DNA of 64,000 nucleotides from a virus (Duplodnaviria; Heunggongvirae; Uroviricota; Caudoviricetes): IMG/VR virus record IMGVR_UViG_2724679539_000005, positions 12,292 to 76,291 of that record; one strand, 5' to 3'. Shown piece by piece: positions 59,819 to 64,000 of this stretch (position 1 is its first letter; each line of letters starts with the position of its first letter). The notes under the pieces were generated by a model. It saw only the letters and a program-made list of their open reading frames with translations, ran no database searches and was not told where the DNA came from. The position numbers and the translations under genes were made by a program.

Positions 59819-60532
59819 ATGGCGACCGCCGGGATTTTAACCATACGTGCAGCAAATACTCCAGAACAACACGTTCAGGCTGTTTACAAAGCAGAACAAG
59901 ATATAAATTCTACAAAAAACGAAAATAGCAAAGCTAATAAAACAAAAGGAGAGAACGGATTTGCTATTGTTACCAGTGGACTGGCATCTTCTGGCAATGA
60001 CGTTTATGAAAATTATATGGCACTGGCCTTTGACAGTGTTGACGACGTGAACGTGAGACGTTCGGCAGATGTCACAAGCTACCCCGTAGAAAATGGTGCT
60101 ACTGTGTCTGATCACGTTCAAATTAAAAACAATAAGTTCTCTCTTAAAGGGCGCATCTCTGAAACACCGATTAAAAGCGATCCTGGCTTGTTAAAGAGTG
60201 CAGGGGTGAACGGGAACAGAAGATCATTAGCTATCGACTACCTGAATCAGATTATGGACAGTAGACAGCCTTTTCTTCTTGTTACAGAAAATAAAACTTT
60301 TGAGAACGTTGTTTTAACAGGCATCGAATACACAGAAGAGGCAAGCGAATCTCTGGTATTTGATCTTAGCTTTGAACAAATCAGATTAGTTTCTTATGGC
60401 ACTGTAAACACTGTAGCTATCAAAACACAGCCATCTAAGAACATCGGGGCTAATATGAAAAAACGTGTTAACACTGAAAAATCAAGTAGTGAAGGTGAAG
60501 ACACTATTACTCCTGCCTTTAAACAGGAATAG
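59819..60532 (+). CDS. hypothetical protein (237 aa)
   Basis: Last ORF of the operon before the integrase. Confidence 0.45.
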   Translation: MATAGILTIRAANTPEQHVQAVYKAEQDINSTKNENSKANKTKGENGFAIVTSGLASSGNDVYENYMALAFDSVDDVNVRRSADVTSYPVENGATVSDHVQIKNNKFSLKGRISETPIKSDPGLLKSAGVNGNRRSLAIDYLNQIMDSRQPFLLVTENKTFENVVLTGIEYTEEASESLVFDLSFEQIRLVSYGTVNTVAIKTQPSKNIGANMKKRVNTEKSSSEGEDTITPAFKQE

Positions 60533-60613
60533 CCGTAAACGCCTCTAAAACGCTCTGTAACGATGTAATTATAAAAGAGGCTACCAATCTATGTTGAAGC
60601 CTCTTTATTGCGT

Positions 60614-61978
60614 CTATGGCGTTGTTTTACGCCTTAAATTTGATTTTTTATTGATTGATAAGCCTTTCTCTATTTCAGGGTAGCGTAGAAGCTCAATATA
60701 TTTTTTAAGCTCTACTGGAGAAGCTGCATTCTTGCTATATGTGCGGAATGTCTCTGTATTGCCGCGTGTATGGCCCAGGAGAAGGGCGATCCTGTCTTCT
60801 GGAATTTGATTTCGATCAAGAAGCTGTGCTACTCCGTGTCTCAGAGAATGAAACACTTTCCTTTCTGTTCCCTTTTCCCCTAAAGCCTTTCGTTTAGCTC
60901 TTGTAAATCTCTGCGTGTGCCACGTGGAACGTTTACCATCAGCACGCTCTGTAATGCTGGCGTGATAGAACAAAAAGCCATTATGAGGCTTTTCACGCAG
61001 CGACAACACCAACGGAGTGATAAGGCTATGTACAGGCACAACACGCGCCGCAGCTTTCGTTTTTCCCTGTGTGATTTCAAAACACAGCACACCTTCGATC
61101 TCTTTCACATCGTCTATTGTGAGACTTGCTATCTCATTGATCCGCATACCTGTATAAGCACCGATAAGACACAAAGCCATCATTTCTTTGTTTTCTGCTG
61201 AATTACCGGAAAATACTTGCAACACTTGCAATAGCTCTTTGTTAGAAAATGCCTCATAGCTCTCTCTACTTTGTGCCACATCAAGCCTATGCCCTCGCCA
61301 GGGGGAGAGCGCCCTTTCTGGCGCATCGTGGTAACGTGATGAAGCTAACTCCCATAGCTGGGCCATTGGGCTGATATAATTTGCAATTGATTGTTGTGAA
61401 AGGGTTTTTTGCATGTGTTCAATCCAGCCTGTAACAGTGGTGCGGCTCACATCTTGCAATGCAATATCAGGCTTTTTACGGTAGGAGAGAAACATCTCTA
61501 CCGCTTTTCTTGCCTTAGCTAAAGTGGCTGGCTTCTTCTTCGTGCTGTTAATTGTCAGGTAGATTTCAAGAATTTTAAGCAATGACGGACACGAAGACGC
61601 TGTATCTTGCATTCTGGTAGCTGTTTTGGCGTATTTAGCCTTACTGCGTAACAGTTCCAGCGTGTTCTCTATTGTGCTGTTTACAGGGGCGACACTCTCC
61701 CGTAGACAATGGTATTCATCTGCAATCTGATCACGCTTTCTACGTGCAACACGAAGACTACTTGTGTGCAGACTTCTGACAAACGTCCTTTTTCCTTCAA
61801 AAAAGGGCTGCATATACACAGGCAACGTGATCCTCAAATAGTAGTTACCGTAAGAATCACAGATTATGTATTGGTTAGGCTTGTATCTCATAAAATCTCC
61901 GGCTAAAGTGTCGGAGCGTTTGTAATGTGAAAATTGATTGTGACGCATAGAAAATGATGATTTTTCTATAAGATTCAA
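60614..61978 (-). CDS. tyrosine recombinase/integrase of the 13 kb element; N-terminal extent uncertain
   Basis: C-terminal catalytic motifs (HSLRHGVAQ, LLGH); the track ORF is 454 aa. Confidence 0.85.
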   Translation of the reverse strand: MNLIEKSSFSMRHNQFSHYKRSDTLAGDFMRYKPNQYIICDSYGNYYLRITLPVYMQPFFEGKRTFVRSLHTSSLRVARRKRDQIADEYHCLRESVAPVNSTIENTLELLRSKAKYAKTATRMQDTASSCPSLLKILEIYLTINSTKKKPATLAKARKAVEMFLSYRKKPDIALQDVSRTTVTGWIEHMQKTLSQQSIANYISPMAQLWELASSRYHDAPERALSPWRGHRLDVAQSRESYEAFSNKELLQVLQVFSGNSAENKEMMALCLIGAYTGMRINEIASLTIDDVKEIEGVLCFEITQGKTKAAARVVPVHSLITPLVLSLREKPHNGFLFYHASITERADGKRSTWHTQRFTRAKRKALGEKGTERKVFHSLRHGVAQLLDRNQIPEDRIALLLGHTRGNTETFRTYSKNAASPVELKKYIELLRYPEIEKGLSINKKSNLRRKTTP

Positions 61979-62005
61979 TCAATTAGTAATGGTCGTAGGT
62001 GATGG

Positions 62006-62072
62006 CATTAACACGAGATTAATCGAGTGTTTTACTCCTATTATCGGCACCACTTAAATCAATAAGTTACAC
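62006..62072 (+). other. att copy 3: degenerate thrW 3'-end remnant (TAATG-GTCGTAGGT ... TCCTATTATCGGCACCA)
   Basis: The 17-nt core at 62056-62072 matches the tRNA-Thr 3' end exactly; upstream homology is interrupted by about 35 nt of unrelated sequence. Confidence 0.6.
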
Positions 62073-62137
62073 ATCATTAATATCTTCCTTATTTTTTGAC
62101 TGAGACAAATTTGGGACCGATGGGTTCAGGATCGAGT

Positions 62138-62398
62138 CTATTTGCCGTGCGTGTTCGGTAAGGTGTTAGGCGCGAGGTGAGCATATCGACGAACCATTTC
62201 GATAGACTCCCAGCCTCCCATTTCCTGTAATACTGACAACGGGACTCCGGCCTGAACCAGCCAACTTGCCCAGGTGTGTCTCAAGTCGTGAAATCTGAAA
62301 TCATCAATACCAGCTCGTCTCAGCGCCGCTTTCCTTGTACACAGATACCCAGCGGTAATGATTTGCAATTCGAAAGAGTTCGTATTTCTCTCCCACAA
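62138..62398 (-). pseudogene. C-terminal fragment of a P4/CP4-type integrase (remnant)
   Basis: [26 protein letters not shown]...[16 protein letters not shown] parallels the C-terminus of the integrase at 7091-8251; the N-terminal approximately 300 aa is absent. Confidence 0.7.
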
Positions 62399-63067
62399 AT
62401 ATAAATACTGTTTAAAAAGGGGAGAGAAAATATATTTTAATTATCACCAACGTAAATTATTTTTTGACGTTGTTAATAGAAGTGAAGGAATAAATAGGCG
62501 TATTCTACGATTGCAACAAAAACAACGATATTAATCAGTTTATGACTGATTTGTTGTATTTTATTCTCTTTCATTGGTACTTCCTCGCTTTAAAAAAGAG
62601 TGCACTTCGTAAGTGCCTTATATATAAATAGCGAGTTTGGTCAACCAATTTTTTGACATGTATCACAAATTTGAATGGATGTATTACATCAGCCATCTTT
62701 TATAGATAATTAATTCCTTAACGGAAACCAGCCTGCTCCTTTCGATACCTGAATTTGATCCCATAGTTTATCCAGAATGGTTAGTTCAGGAACGCGCTGT
62801 GGATTAAGGGGGGAATTTCATGACTTCTACCTGATTCAGCTAAAGGTACCCATCACCAGCCTTTTACCGATCGCCGCAAGTGTCAGCCAGCGGAAAGCGC
62901 ATACGTCATTCGAGTGGTGATTATGGCGGTTAAAGAGAGGAGAAAAGAAATTCTGCAGAAGAAATCCATTCGCGCTATGAAGGTCAATGCTATCAAAACC
63001 TGCTTTAATGGCTCTTTTTATGACGTCTTCCGGCTAAAATGATTGTGTCTATAAACACCCTTCATGA

Positions 63068-64000
<933 letters not shown>

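Larger units (their letters stand above)
48864..62072. mobile_element. cryptic ~13 kb AT-rich integrative element of unknown family with its own tyrosine integrase
   Basis: Bounded by att-core copies 2 and 3; contains an integrase (60614-61978), a repeat/iteron region and an operon of uncharacterised genes; no terminase or portal recognised. Confidence 0.6.

Overview
This window reads as a tandem array of integrated elements at a tRNA-Thr (thrW-like) attachment locus, probably Escherichia/Shigella. Three direct copies of the thrW 3'-end core (TCCTATTATCG(G)CACCA) sit at about 7061-7077, 48818-48863 and 62056-62072; no intact tRNA gene is in the window. (1) 1-7060: the distal part of an island with a partial large Gly/Ala-rich ORF, small membrane proteins, a two-gene cassette of unknown function, iteron-like repeats, and a PerC-like and a pRiA4b-ORF3-like gene. 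(2) 7061-48863: an apparently complete ~41.8 kb hybrid prophage. It has a lambdoid early/regulatory/lysis/packaging backbone (int, xis, dam, yqaJ-exo, recT, gam, cI, cro, ydaT-like, O with ori iterons, P, ren, ybcN, ninE, ybcO, rusA, ylcG, Q, 21-type holin with SAR-endolysin, Rz/Rz1, bor, terS/terL, portal, protease-capsid fusion) joined to a P2/Mu-like contractile tail module (gpV, sheath, tube, chaperone, tape measure, gpU/X/D/W/J/I, His-rich tail fibre, tfa). It carries AT-rich moron cassettes: a Ser/Thr kinase operon in the cI-rexAB position, an uncharacterised 472-aa protein in the nin region, a Bro-N plus membrane-protein cassette bounded by ~140-bp direct repeats, and blc, a DUF523/DUF1722-like gene and an AraC regulator between Q and the lysis genes. 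(3) 48864-62072: a compact ~13 kb AT-rich integrative element with its own tyrosine integrase, a dense repeat/iteron region, a sigma70-promoter-driven operon of uncharacterised genes (including a 608-aa coiled-coil/TM protein), and no recognisable terminase; I could not assign it to any family. (4) 62073-64000: a degraded P4-like integrase remnant followed by a LysR-family regulator. All homology statements come from reading the translations and recalling known families; no database search was run. The best candidates for undescribed biology are the kinase operon, the 472-aa nin moron, the two-gene cassette at 3048-4583, and the cryptic 13 kb element.
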